This document shows, one piece after another, positions 9,601 to 20,290 of a stretch of DNA of 64,000 nt. Positions within the stretch are counted from its first letter, which is position 1. Every line of letters starts with the position of its first letter. A model generated the notes under the pieces. That model saw only the letters and a program-made list of their open reading frames with translations. It was not told the origin of the DNA and did not search any database. A program made the translations under genes and the position numbers. Source of the DNA: Auanema rhodensis (Eukaryota; Animalia; Nematoda); NCBI GenBank assembly GCA_964057225.1, contig OZ059900.1, positions 10,788,001-10,852,000 on the forward strand. Direction: 5' to 3'.

Positions 9601-11086
9601 TGATGACGTGATCAAAACAATGACAACCGTAGGGAAATTATTCAAGAAATGGTTTTTCACAGTCCATCCTAACGACGCCAACAAGTTGCAAAAAATAAAA
9701 CATCTCACATCAACAGACACGCACACTGTTGAAGACATCAACATTATTGAAAAAATTTTGATCAGTAACAGTCAATCTAATATGAGCCTTGATGACTTAC
9801 AGCAAAGACATATAAATCTAAAATTCTTCAAAGATACATGGGATATTTATCGCGTAAGAAGCCGTTTACAAAATACTCTTCTTCCCGAAGAGACGAAAAA
9901 CCCTATATTCCTTCTTAAAACAAACCCCATAGTTAAAAAACTGATCAACAAAATACACAAAGACAATAATCATCAAGGCAAACATTTTACGCTTATTCAA
10001 TTGAGACAAAAATTCTACATACCAAAAATAACCGGAGTCATCAGACAAACATTGAAAAACTGTGTGACATGTAAAAGATTTCAATCACACCCTTATGAAT
10101 TACCAGATATGCCATCGCTACCAAAAGATAGAACGATTCTTACAAGAGCATTCTTTTCAACAGGGTGTGATCTTATGGGCCCCTTCACCCTTCGAAATGG
10201 GTCTAAAGTCCATATCTGTCTGTTTACATGCATGACAACTAGAGCAATTCACTTAGAGGTAGTCACCAATCAATCCACAGTTGCTTTTATGAATGCATTC
10301 ACTAGATTTATATCACGCAGAGGTACTCCAGAAATTATGCGTAGTGACTGCGCAGGAAACTTTATATTGAGCTCAAAAATATTAGAAACCCTTGAAAAAA
10401 CATCGGATTACAACGAAAGAAGCTTACTAAACACACTAGCACAACAAAAAATTAAATGGATATACAACACTCCATTATCACCCTGGAAAGGTGGATGTTG
10501 GGAACGTTTAGTAGGTGTAACCAAAGCTTCACTCAAAAAATGTTTCATTCCTAGTCGAATGTCCCTGGATGACTTACACACAGCCATTGTAAAAATAGAA
10601 GCTATAATTAATACACGCCCACTCACCCATCCACACCCAGATAATTTAGATACTCTACCCATAAGGCCAATTGACTTTTTAACATCAGCCATAAAGTTTT
10701 CATTACCTGAAAACAACGCGGATACTCATATATTTGATATCCATAGCGATATTCAAACGATTCAATCAACAGAGCAAGCGCTAGAAGCGCTTCAATTATC
10801 AGAAGACTCAGCATCTAAATTTTGGAAACGATTTCAAGAAGAATATCTAACAAGCTTAAAAGATATATTTAAGCATAAACACCATAGAAAGAATCACACA
10901 AACATCTTCCCCCAACCAGATGAAATAGTATTGATACAAAACGACATGTTGCCACGAGGAACATGGAAACTAGGTCGCATCATTGAAACAATCACTAGTT
11001 CAGATGGCAACATACGTTCAGCAAAAGTTGCAACAAGCAACGGAAACATAATTATTCGATCCATCAATCAGCTCTATCCACTATAG
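6653..11086 (+). CDS. pol: BEL/Pao Gag zinc knuckles plus protease, RT, RNase H and integrase
   Basis: The frame opens at 6653 and encodes three CCHC knuckles (CVFC...H...C, CWIC...H...C, CRNC...H...C) upstream of the ORF-track start. Then LIDEGS, CDIKAAF, LPFG, YVDN, FADAS, LELLA, HHCC, DLMGP, SD.AGNF, GG.WER, LYPL*. Confidence 0.93.
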   Translation, partial: EQTRNSHEQKFRNHKENVTSVAHKENSVEQRKTQTWPCVFCDSSEHRFYQCTTFETPEKRRYRIRGKAICWICFSDKHKSSECRKQKCRNCQGDHNSALCSQGRKNVQNIQKDKETPTIKTDQALLITTEELLNKKTTEYKQESDTNNRIPTEALNAPVSLNHIADTHNIEESQVILRTAMANIYNHNSKKYEQVRMLIDEGSMRSFISKDLSTRLGLPILGSQKRTFYGIGALSETHEVEDVKVIIGTSSGSLIVTKLFTKPMLTTPIRCPKLSNEDLKFIQRRKIKLANPKTNGESFTPDILIGMDRYKLFMHLNEETELPSRMRLKNSVFGHMIHGEAPLPDNNTQQEVILCSTLEEITKETSHKELLTNLFELDSIGINTENANADRTIDYYEEYSKDIKIENNRIIAPFPLKNNFKNLKNNKMPAYHRFVSLWRKLLHNPEMLSHYTTTIESYLKDNIVKQIPNNHQEPLEFYMPHHGVWKPSKANPLRIVFDASAKQKDSPSLNEIIHTGRSFITYIHDIMISCRTRPIIITCDIKAAFLQVQLTENHKNLCKFFWIKNKEYPISHNNIITLRFNRLPFGITASPSVLNMGIKWFLESKVDNPLAMEILHNLYVDNIILTANTTEEAIKKCKETQTLFSEINMHVREFLSNDEQVIQNLPEEDRYPNMTTKILGISFNKENDSFIIPIKITTTHTSYTKRILLSQLHSIFDPIGLSAPILLPLKLILREIINTKLSWDQPIDSNSIKQWEQHITQINNKQLTMNRYFKFSEHETQLWVFADASNQAMAACSYFQTNEKISSLLNGKSRIAPKNKTTIPRLELLAIRLAVRMALSIVTICPKIAKVNIVSDSNIALSWIVSQKSLPLFINNQTNTIKKQLKQIEQICCNIELYHVQTSFNTADIGSRGADMDKLQVSDWIEGPHWLTKLSVHNPLTSLGSPNNSSRNNAELKSEHHNVVHIIIDNPPTHDIWNIRENYDDVIKTMTTVGKLFKKWFFTVHPNDANKLQKIKHLTSTDTHTVEDINIIEKILISNSQSNMSLDDLQQRHINLKFFKDTWDIYRVRSRLQNTLLPEETKNPIFLLKTNPIVKKLINKIHKDNNHQGKHFTLIQLRQKFYIPKITGVIRQTLKNCVTCKRFQSHPYELPDMPSLPKDRTILTRAFFSTGCDLMGPFTLRNGSKVHICLFTCMTTRAIHLEVVTNQSTVAFMNAFTRFISRRGTPEIMRSDCAGNFILSSKILETLEKTSDYNERSLLNTLAQQKIKWIYNTPLSPWKGGCWERLVGVTKASLKKCFIPSRMSLDDLHTAIVKIEAIINTRPLTHPHPDNLDTLPIRPIDFLTSAIKFSLPENNADTHIFDIHSDIQTIQSTEQALEALQLSEDSASKFWKRFQEEYLTSLKDIFKHKHHRKNHTNIFPQPDEIVLIQNDMLPRGTWKLGRIIETITSSDGNIRSAKVATSNGNIIIRSINQLYPL

Positions 11087-11185
11087 ATAAGATGCAACAC
11101 TAACAGCAACAAAATCATAGAAGACAACTCACACATAGTTCAAGAAAATAATAGCTCAACAGATAGAACCCCACATACTGATATT

Positions 11186-12197
11186 AGTAGAGAGCCGTGC
11201 AAAATTTACTAACCACGCCCCCAAACAGCTGTCAAAAACATACTTTTGGGGGCGTCAGCTGCTAAAAACATACTTTTGGGGAGCGTCAGCTGTCAAAAAC
11301 ATATTTTTGAGCGTCAGCTGTTAAAATCATATTTTGGGATCATGGTTCATGGATTTTCCTTTTTTAAATATAAAAGTCATGATTTAAAGCATGATTTTTT
11401 TTTTTTTTGATTTTTTTTTTTAAAAATTTTTTTTTTTATAAATCAAATTTAAATATGCTTTTTCAAATGTATGTATATATTTTCAATTATTTTTAAATAT
11501 ATTAAGTAAAAATAAAAATCTTAATTTTAAATATTTAAATTATATTTAAATTTTATATATATATAAATTTTATTTAAACTTTAATTATTTAAATTATATT
11601 TAAATTTTATATATATAAATTATATTTAAACTTTAAATTTTATATATAAATTATATTTAAATTTTAAATATATAAATTTGTTTTTAAATTTTATTTATTT
11701 CTTTATTATATTTATTAATAATGTTTGTTTACTTATTTTGTTTATTTTTTATTGTATTGTGTTTGTACTATTTTATTTGTATTTTTAAAGATCAATAAAA
11801 TTTTTGCATGTAGATAATTTTGTTCACCGTACTTGTTACGGGTAGTTCAATGGAACACATATCGAAGGTTAATTCGATAAGAACGATATGAAATACAAAA
11901 TTCAATGGAACACATATCGAAGGTTAATTCGATAAGAACGATATGAAATACCAAAATTTAATGGAACACATATCGAAAGTTAATTCGATAAGAACGACAT
12001 TAAATTATTAATTTTTGAAATTACAAATTGTTATTAATTATATTTATTCTAACAAGTAAAGGTTTCAAATTATAATAAAAGATTAGTTTTAAACTTTATT
12101 TTACTAATATAACAATACAATAACTAAATAGAGCACACATTGAAGGTAAATACAATAAGATTAACAAACAGTTGCGCTGACCTCAATGAAACGCATA
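11186..12197 (+). repeat. Maverick copy 1 left TIR
   Basis: Reverse complement of about 25907-26878; inner boundary approximate. Confidence 0.9.
11848..12000. repeat. 55-56 bp tandem repeat (x3) inside the TIR
   Basis: Unit AATGGAACACATATCGAAGGTTAATTCGATAAGAACGATATGAAATACAAAATTC; three units in both copy-1 TIRs, four in the copy-2 left TIR. Confidence 0.9.
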
Positions 12198-12393
12198 AAG
12201 TTAATTTAATAAGAACTAATAACAAAAATTAATCCGACGGGGACAATAAAAACAGATGTATTCAATAAGCTTATTTATTTTAAAGTTTATCGCAACTGCT
12301 AGTTTTGACAGCTGTACCCAAATCCATGTTACATAACAAATTACAATGCCAACAGCAATGTGTAGACTGATGTATTCATTATATCAAGGTACA

Positions 12394-15300
12394 ATGGCTG
12401 CTAATAGGTTGTGTCTTTTTGATTATTTGTTTGTAAACTTTTTCTTTTTTTAGTTATAAACGTTTATGTGAAGAGCTAGGATTTGATTATGAAGAAATCA
12501 ATCAGCTCAGGTAATTTAACAATATTTTGAATCTTTATATATATTTTGTTTTTTAGTAAACGTATAAAGTTTACCGAGGCTGGTGGGATCGAGCTCTGTG
12601 AGCCCACATCACCCACTTTTAACAGTGGGCCCTCATCATCAAGGGTTATTGAAGTAATAACCTTGGATGACAGTGATGAGTAAGCGATATTAAAAATTAT
12701 AACAATTAGTTTTTTCTTTTTAAGCGAATGGGATCCTGCTACCCCATCAACCAGTGGAGGACAAGTCGGATATGGAGCGGCATTCAACGATGTCTGTAAA
12801 ATAGAGGTGCGATCTTTTATTTACATATCATTTCATAATATATCTTTTGAAACATGAAATTTTCTCTTGCTCCAATTGCATATTTTGAAAACATTTTGAA
12901 ATTTATTTCTCTTTTTCAATTGCTCTCTCTCTCATCTTTACATTTCATCTCAATCTATATCTTTTTTCAAACAAATTGCAAGTATTTTGAAATTTACATA
13001 TTCATTCTTTTGAACAACATTCATTTTAAAATCTTTACATTTCATCTCACTATCTATCTATCTTTCCTCATCTATCTTTCTTTCAACCAATTTTGAATTC
13101 TTACAAATTATAAATATTTCAAACATTTTGAACTAGTAAAATAATAAAACACAATCTTGACCTTTTCATTTATTTTTTAACATTAACAAATGTTTATAAA
13201 AGTTTTTTCAAAGTTGAAAAAAAAAAAAAAACTTTATATTTAAAAATCAAATGCCATTTATTTTTAAACATTAATAAAAATAATTTAAAGAAAAGTAAAT
13301 TTATAAAAAGTTATAAACAAAAATTATTTATATTTAAACTAAAAGCGTATAACCATTATAAAAAGTGTGTATTATAGTGGTCACACCGACGCATAAAACG
13401 AACTGGTCGGTTCACCAACGTGGTCGTTAGATCGCTCACGTTCCCACATTTGGAAGCCATTGATGAGCCAATGCATGTTGTCATGCCGCGGCTATTTAAT
13501 GAGTTTCTTGATCGGTGCCTTGCTGAAAGTGGTGTGCCAGATAAACAAAAAGCACTATTTTGTTTATCAATAGAGCACCCATCCTTTGAAAAGGGATCCA
13601 TATTTATGGATTTCCGTAGAAGGGAGCATTTGGATGGCGTTGCCATCATGAATGCCATCAGCAAGGTACAGCAATCAAAGCGAGAGGCTGTAATTAGCCA
13701 GGCAATGAACATTGAAATGTATGTGTTTGATGAGAGACCAGTGCAGCCAAGCCTGATGCCTGGTGAAGGTAGAGTTGGTTTCTATTTTGATGCCGAACTC
13801 AAGATACCTGGCACAATTGAGAACACTGATACACATTGCCTGGCTAGAGCAGCAGTTGTGGGAATGTGGAGAGCCGATGAAGAGGCAGCAGAAGATGTTG
13901 TTGAGAAGCGGAGGATTCAAAATCTTCGTCGCAACTACATCTTGTTGCCAAATCAACCACATCATATCAATTTATTGAATAGGTGTGGTATTTCTGTACA
14001 TTTACCAAATTATAATTTGAACCATTTAAATATTATTGCAAGTTGTAATACAGACTATAAGTTTGTAGTATACGCTAGGCCACCTGGACAGCGTATGTAC
14101 GCTATTCAGCGTATCTTTAATGAAACGGCTAGCAAAGTGGTAACACTAGGCTACCGAAATAATCATTATGACTGTATTACAACTTGTAGTAGATCACAGA
14201 TTTTTGATGGTATTATATGCCAACACTGTAAATTATCTTACAAAACAGTGTTGCATAGATGTAAAGCCAAGTGTAAGAAATGCCACACCTTAAAATGTAA
14301 TTCGATGGAAAATGTGGTTGAGAGTAGCATAAGATGTGATAGTTGTAGAGTTTTGTTCAAAACTCGTCAATGCTTTGACAGGCATATTAGAAAAACATGT
14401 CGAATGTTTAAGGTAATTTAAAAAATATATATAAAATTTTACAAGACTAAATTCAGACATGTGAAAACTGTGATCATTATCACAGAGTACGTGCTGATAG
14501 ACCGCACAATTGCAATGAGAAATTTTGCAAAAAGTGTGGGCAAACAAAGCCTGAAGATCATTCTTGTTGTTGGGTACCACCTAACGACAAGAAGAAGGAT
14601 CAGTTAAAAAAGAGGCAAGAAAAATACAAGGTTTGTATTTTACATCTTTACAAGTGTAATGCTTACTTGTTTAAGATTATATTCTATGACTTTGAAACGG
14701 TTGTGTTAAAAAACGGTACAAATGTTCATGAATATGCAGATGAACAATGGCCCAATATGGTTGTGTATAATAAATTTTGTGAAAGTTGTATAGATGCCAA
14801 CTCATGTGAAAAATGCACAACCAAGGAGGGCCATTTTGGGTACCAACAAGGTGATAGTGAATGGTCTGTAACAGATCGTTTCCTTGATTGGTTACTCAAC
14901 TCTGTTGAGAATGATAATGCAATTTTGATTGCGCATAATGGTTCACGCTTTGACATACATTTCTTGGTGTCTAGGCTGATAAACCGTGGTATATATCCTG
15001 ATCCAATTTTAAATGGGACCAAGATTATAAGCATGGTTGTCAAGCCTTTAAGAGGTCAAAAATTTAACCATTTATATTTTAAAGATAGTTATTTATTAGT
15101 GCCTTTACCCTTATCAGCGTTACCCAAGGCATTTGGTGTACCTGATATGAGTAAAGGACAGTTTCCTTACCTCTTTAACCATCCAATAAATTATGGCAAA
15201 GTGTTACCATCTTTACCACCAAAACAGTACTATTGTACTGCTAGAATGAAAGCAGAAGACCTAGCTTCATTCAATATTTGGTATGAAGAGCGTAATCAAA

Positions 15301-17604
15301 GAGCGTTTGATTTTGATGAAGAGCTTTTGGAATATTGTAGGACAGATGTCCGTATTTTAACCAACTGTATGAAAGTTTACATGAAGTTGGCAACCGCCAC
15401 CACTGGCTGGAACCCTGTCATACAATGTATGACATTTGCCAGTTTCTCTTTATTCCAGGCAAGTTTTTTAAAATACAAGCATTTTCAAAACTATTATATT
15501 ACAGTTGAAAATGAACCACATTAAAGAGAACCAAGTGGGTATTCTGCCCGAGACTGGTTATTATGCCGGTCAAAAGCAGAGTATAATAGCCATAAAGTAT
15601 ATAAAATGGCTAGAACAAGGACTGGGCCGCCCATTAATGCATAAGCTTAATGGTGGTGAATTTGCAGTGAGAGTAGATGGTCATCGCTATCTACTCGATG
15701 CTTATGACCCCGTTGCCAATCATGGCTATGAGGTGAGTAATTTGTAATAAATGTGAAAAATGCAAATTTTTGTAGATTAATGGTTGCATTTACCATGGTT
15801 GCCCCCAGTGCACCAACAAGAGCGCTATAGCACCAGGCAGAAATGGTGAAACAATGGAAGAGGTAATTGTGACTTTTTTAATCATTTTAATTTTTAAAAT
15901 TTAGGTTTATGATAAAACCATGAAAAGGCTTGAAGCAATTCAAAGCCAGGGCATTAGTGTTACCACAGTGTGGGAGCACGAAATTAATGCTCAAATTTCG
16001 GCCAATGAAGAAATGGCGAAATTTATGCGTGAAACAAATGTTGTTACACGCTTGGCACCTAGAGATGCCTTTACCGGTGGCCGCACCCAGACATATAAGC
16101 TTTTGGCACAAGCTTCGGATAGATACTCGCTCGAGTATGTGGACTTTTGTTCACTATATCCATATGTCACAGCCTTTGATGCCTACTACCCTGTAGGTAA
16201 TCCCAAAGTTATTACTGAGGGTTTCAAAAGCTTTGAGACATGTTGCCCATACAAGGGGCTAGTAAAATGTGACGTGCTTGCACCCACAAATTTTCTGTAC
16301 CCTGTATTAGGCACACGTATTGGCGGTAAACTAATTTTTACAAACTGCCGCACTTGTGCAGTCAAAAGTAAAAATGTAACATGTGAGCACCAGAATGATG
16401 TAAATGCTAGAAAGCTGCATCTAACTGTGACACATGTTGAGCTCGAGTGTGCCATACAACGTGGCTATAAAGTGCTTAATGTGCATGAGGTGTGGCACTG
16501 GGAAGAATGGCAACAAGGCGGCCTGTTTAAAGAATTTGTACAAAAGTACATAAAAATTAAACAAGAGGCGTCGGGCTGGCCAAAGCCAAACATGACAGAG
16601 GAAGAAAAGGTATGTTTTAATAAAAGTATCACATTAAATAGAATTTTACAGGTGATTTATCTCCAAGAGCACGAGGAGAACACTGGTGTTGCTCTGGAGA
16701 GCAATAAAATTGAAAAGAATGCTGCCATGCGTAGCATTGCCAAACTGCAGCTAAATAGGTTTGTAAACTTTTTAAAACAATACATTACAAATTTGCTTAT
16801 AGTGTCTGGGGTAAAATGGGTCAAAGACCAGATAAAGCCCAAACCAAGATTATTGGTGTTGAGGACCCAGAAATTGGTAGGATCATTACTGATCCTGCAA
16901 GGGAACTCACCGGGTTCAAAATTGTGGATAATGTTGCGTACTGCACAACAGTACCAGAGGATTCACATTTGGCACCACCGCCTTTTACAAATGTAGCTAT
17001 TGCGGCCTATACAACCGCTCATGCAAGGCTACTATTGTATAAGGCAATGGAGAAAATTGGAAAGAATTTGGTGTATACAGGTAATTTTATACTTTGTATT
17101 CAATTTAAACTTACATTATTTAGACACGGATTCTCTAATTTATCAAAGATGCCTAGATGAGCCAGATCCAATTGAGGATATGAAGGGTGAATGGTTAGGT
17201 AAACTAACCTCTGAAATACCCGATGGTTGGTCAATGACCAAGTTTGTGTCACCAGCGGCGAAAGTTTATAGTTATAAACTTGTAAATGCAGCTGGTGATG
17301 TAAAATATGTAACAAAGGCAAAGGGAGTGGTAAGTACGAGCTTTGACTTTTCAAATAATTTTATAATTTTCAGACGTTGGACCACACGGCAGCGTCAGTG
17401 GTAAACTTTGAAAGTATGGAGCGACTGGTTCGCGGACTCGTTATGGATGGAGAAAAATTGGTTTTAAAAACCAATACGACATTGTTAAAGAGGCAACTCG
17501 GTGCCATATCCACAATGGATATGACAAAAAGTACTAGAGTTGTAATGGATAAACTTTGTTATCTACAAGATTATAGTACTTTACCCTACGGTTATTGTGA
17601 ATAA
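12394..17604 (+). CDS. pPolB: Protein-primed family B DNA polymerase, 14 exons, 1369 aa
   Basis: Exons 12394-12407, 12454-12510, 12557-12679, 12725-12806, 13378-14412, 14457-14630, 14676-15458, 15505-15732, 15776-15862, 15905-16609, 16652-16758, 16803-17080, 17124-17329, 17374-17604 join into one frame. Motifs: YDFET, AHNGSRFD, YCRTDV, DFCSLYP, KLQLNSVWGK, YTDTDS, KAKGV. The first four exons are less certain. Confidence 0.9.
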
Positions 17605-17742
17605 TATATTTGAATTTATAAATTTTTATCTTGTATATATTTGTATTTATAAAATTTTATCATTGTACATGTATTTATTTTTAAAAATAGTTGTATTAAT
17701 AAATTTTATTCTTAAATCTTTTAAAGAATTTTATTACATACA

Positions 17743-19077
17743 TTACAAACTGGTATCAATATATGGAGCACGATTGTTGTCAATGGAAAGAATAGAGTCA
17801 TACTCTGCATAAACAATTGCATATAAGCCCTCTTGCGGCGTTTGTTGACCAAATTCCAATTTCAAGGCTACATTACCTTGTCGTATAACATCAAATAACT
17901 CTGACGAATGCACAGTAGGAGAAATATCAAATACAAAAAATGTGAAACCAGCTTTATACATTGCTGGTGTAATACCATTGGATGAATCTGTACGACCAAG
18001 TCCCAAACCTTCCAGCATGTCAATATATGCTGTGGCATAGGAAGATCGCCATTCTAAATTATAAGGACGGGTAGGTATTACCCTATTGTTGAGCGTCAAG
18101 TATATATTTTTCAAATCAAACGGTTTAAAGTTGAATGGCGAATGTTTAAAAGTACCATTATAGGCGTGTGCGCCAACAAGACCTACTACAACACGTTTTG
18201 GTGTGTGAGACGTGAATAATATATTATTAGGTGAATCCAAGCGGCCTCCTTCTATGAAATAAGAGCGCATTTTCACTGATGTCATGGGGTAGTGTATTCG
18301 ATCCTTTGCGAGTTTATCTTCTATAGCCATAGCTAATCCAGCGTTTAGATCAAACTCTTGAATGAGCAAATGTACATCGCTGATATCTACTTTCAAATTT
18401 GGAAACTCCTCCTTTAATGTAGTATCCTTGTTTTCATTATTCCAGCCTAGAGTGTCAATTAAAAAGTTATCACGGTTTGGATATGCAGTTAGCTCCATTT
18501 TTGAATAGTTTACAAACAGTCGCTCTTGATTAAATAGGTCGATACTGACGGGAGCAGCCATCTCACACAATATGCCATTTTTTACAAGTGCTTGACGCGT
18601 TCTAAATCCAGCACTGGATGCATTATCTATATATCTATCAGCATAATAGCCTGATATGGCAAGTTTGCTCTCTTTAACATCGTTGCTATACATTAAAATA
18701 TTCTCGATATATGTTTTATAGGCATGATTCACGGTAGAGTCATACACGCTAACATCACCAATTTTCAAATGATACGAATGTATTAAACTGGCAGCAAATT
18801 GTTGACATGGTGCAAAAACAAGGTTGTCTGGTACTGGATCACCGTTTGTGGTTACAATTTTAAATTTTACATTCAACCAACATCTTCTCAGATTGAGGAA
18901 TGATTTGGAATTTTGAGCTATAACAAATTCCCATGGTCCTTGAGGAAGAAACGTATTTTTCAAAGGGACTTGTACAGTACGAGTAGACTCTACACCTAAT
19001 GCCGACGCTGGTATATCACCATAGTTGATATTAGGTAAAAGGGCTTGTGCTGATTTTGAATCTATCAATTTAGCCAT
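17743..19077 (-). CDS. Maverick major capsid protein (double jelly-roll), 444 aa
   Basis: Size, position and motifs (GPWEF, YK.YIE..L.YS, P.RVVVGLV...AYNG....SPFNF.PF, GFTFFVFDISP) match Polinton MCP. Confidence 0.88.
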   Translation of the reverse strand: MAKLIDSKSAQALLPNINYGDIPASALGVESTRTVQVPLKNTFLPQGPWEFVIAQNSKSFLNLRRCWLNVKFKIVTTNGDPVPDNLVFAPCQQFAASLIHSYHLKIGDVSVYDSTVNHAYKTYIENILMYSNDVKESKLAISGYYADRYIDNASSAGFRTRQALVKNGILCEMAAPVSIDLFNQERLFVNYSKMELTAYPNRDNFLIDTLGWNNENKDTTLKEEFPNLKVDISDVHLLIQEFDLNAGLAMAIEDKLAKDRIHYPMTSVKMRSYFIEGGRLDSPNNILFTSHTPKRVVVGLVGAHAYNGTFKHSPFNFKPFDLKNIYLTLNNRVIPTRPYNLEWRSSYATAYIDMLEGLGLGRTDSSNGITPAMYKAGFTFFVFDISPTVHSSELFDVIRQGNVALKLEFGQQTPQEGLYAIVYAEYDSILSIDNNRAPYIDTSL

Positions 19078-19530
19078 TTAAATGTGAAACGACCGCTCAC
19101 GAGTGATGCACAACCGCTTATGAGGTTTTGTGGTTTTGCGTCGTCGCCGTTTGCCCAAGCCGGTAAGATCTCGTATAGCTTGCCGGCCGGCTGTTTTAAG
19201 AGTTTCCTTGATATTATCGCCTTTCAGCACCCCATCGACAATTTCATTACCAGTTTTCAGCAACTGTCCGCCAAGAGGTGAATTTACAACTGGACTTTTG
19301 CTTACAGCACTGGATAAGGCGTTTCTTCCGGCATTGATGAGATTTTGGGCTATAGGTGATTGAATGATGCGTGGTAGAAATGATGCCAAAGTTGCCAAAA
19401 TACCACCCAAACCATGACCCCTCTGCATTCCACGTTGAAACATCATTCCGCTAAATGGGGCGCCACCCATTTGTTGATTTAAAAGTGTTGTCCATTGAAT
19501 AGAGTTGACATCCAAAAGGAGGTGCGGCAT
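19078..19530 (-). CDS. Small Gly-rich, basic Maverick protein, putative virion core protein
   Basis: ATG at 19530; QRGHGLGG motif and basic tail GLGKRRRRK; abuts the MCP start; conserved in copy 2. Confidence 0.75.
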   Translation of the reverse strand: MPHLLLDVNSIQWTTLLNQQMGGAPFSGMMFQRGMQRGHGLGGILATLASFLPRIIQSPIAQNLINAGRNALSSAVSKSPVVNSPLGGQLLKTGNEIVDGVLKGDNIKETLKTAGRQAIRDLTGLGKRRRRKTTKPHKRLCITRERSFHI

Positions 19531-19581
19531 ATCGAACCGCACGCGCGCAATACAAAAGTTACACTAGATCATTCTACTAAA

Positions 19582-20037
19582 ATGTATTCGTCTGAAATAG
19601 TATCACTATTGCAATCTGTCCCCAGCACTCGGAAACTATTCCTCGGTGTATATAGCGCTGATACTCTACCCAAAACGCGTCGTAAAAACTTTGCACTTGT
19701 CGTAAATACTGACACACATGATAAGCCAGGCACACATTGGCAGGTCATTTTTGTCCGTAACAAGCAAGCCTATTTTTTCTGTAGCTTGGGATATAAAATG
19801 AACAAGTACATTCAAAATTATCTGGCCAAATATAAAAAGGTAAAAATTAATACTTGCAAACCACAACGTTTAATTGAATACACTTGTGGTGGCTATGTGG
19901 TATTTGTAATACTAATGTTGTCGGCTGGTAATTCATTTGAAAGCATTTGTTCATTTTTTAAACTATTGAAAAATGATGATGTCTTTATTAAAGCGTTTAT
20001 GCATAAAGTATTCGACTATAAATTGGCTACTATATAA
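19582..20037 (+). CDS. Adenain-like cysteine maturation protease
   Basis: FLGVYSAD.LP, VVNTD....PGTHW, Q.....TCG.Y catalytic motifs. Confidence 0.9.
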   Translation: MYSSEIVSLLQSVPSTRKLFLGVYSADTLPKTRRKNFALVVNTDTHDKPGTHWQVIFVRNKQAYFFCSLGYKMNKYIQNYLAKYKKVKINTCKPQRLIEYTCGGYVVFVILMLSAGNSFESICSFFKLLKNDDVFIKAFMHKVFDYKLATI

Positions 20038-20078
20038 GAAATTTGTCATTAATAACCTGCTACATTACGTGGTCAGTT

Positions 20079-20249
20079 ATGAATATTCCTTGTCACTGTG
20101 AATTATGTGTCAAATACACGTTGGAGCAATCTAAACCAGCGCCTTTATACAGGAGAATGTTGAAATGTATTTCAGTGCCATTTATTAAAGGTATAGCATT
20201 GGGATTGGGCTTTTGTACAACACTAGTCATATTATTGCTCATTATATAA
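20079..20249 (+). CDS. Small Cys-containing protein with C-terminal hydrophobic helix (56 aa)
   Basis: ATG at 20079 with TATA 48 nt upstream; CxCxxC motif and GIALGLGFCTTLVILLLII tail; identical in copy 2. Confidence 0.55.
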   Translation: MNIPCHCELCVKYTLEQSKPAPLYRRMLKCISVPFIKGIALGLGFCTTLVILLLII

Positions 20250-20290
20250 AAGTGGGTTGATTGCGTGTGGTCGTTTTTCATTTTCCTCTA

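Noticed and set aside
7336-10814. Antisense and alternate-frame ORFs over pol, env and the Maverick genes
   Set aside because: They are shadow ORFs of well-supported genes and have no motifs of their own.
13420-17604. Polymerase as a frameshifted pseudogene
   Set aside because: Every break is bridged by a canonical-size intron in both copies, restoring one frame.
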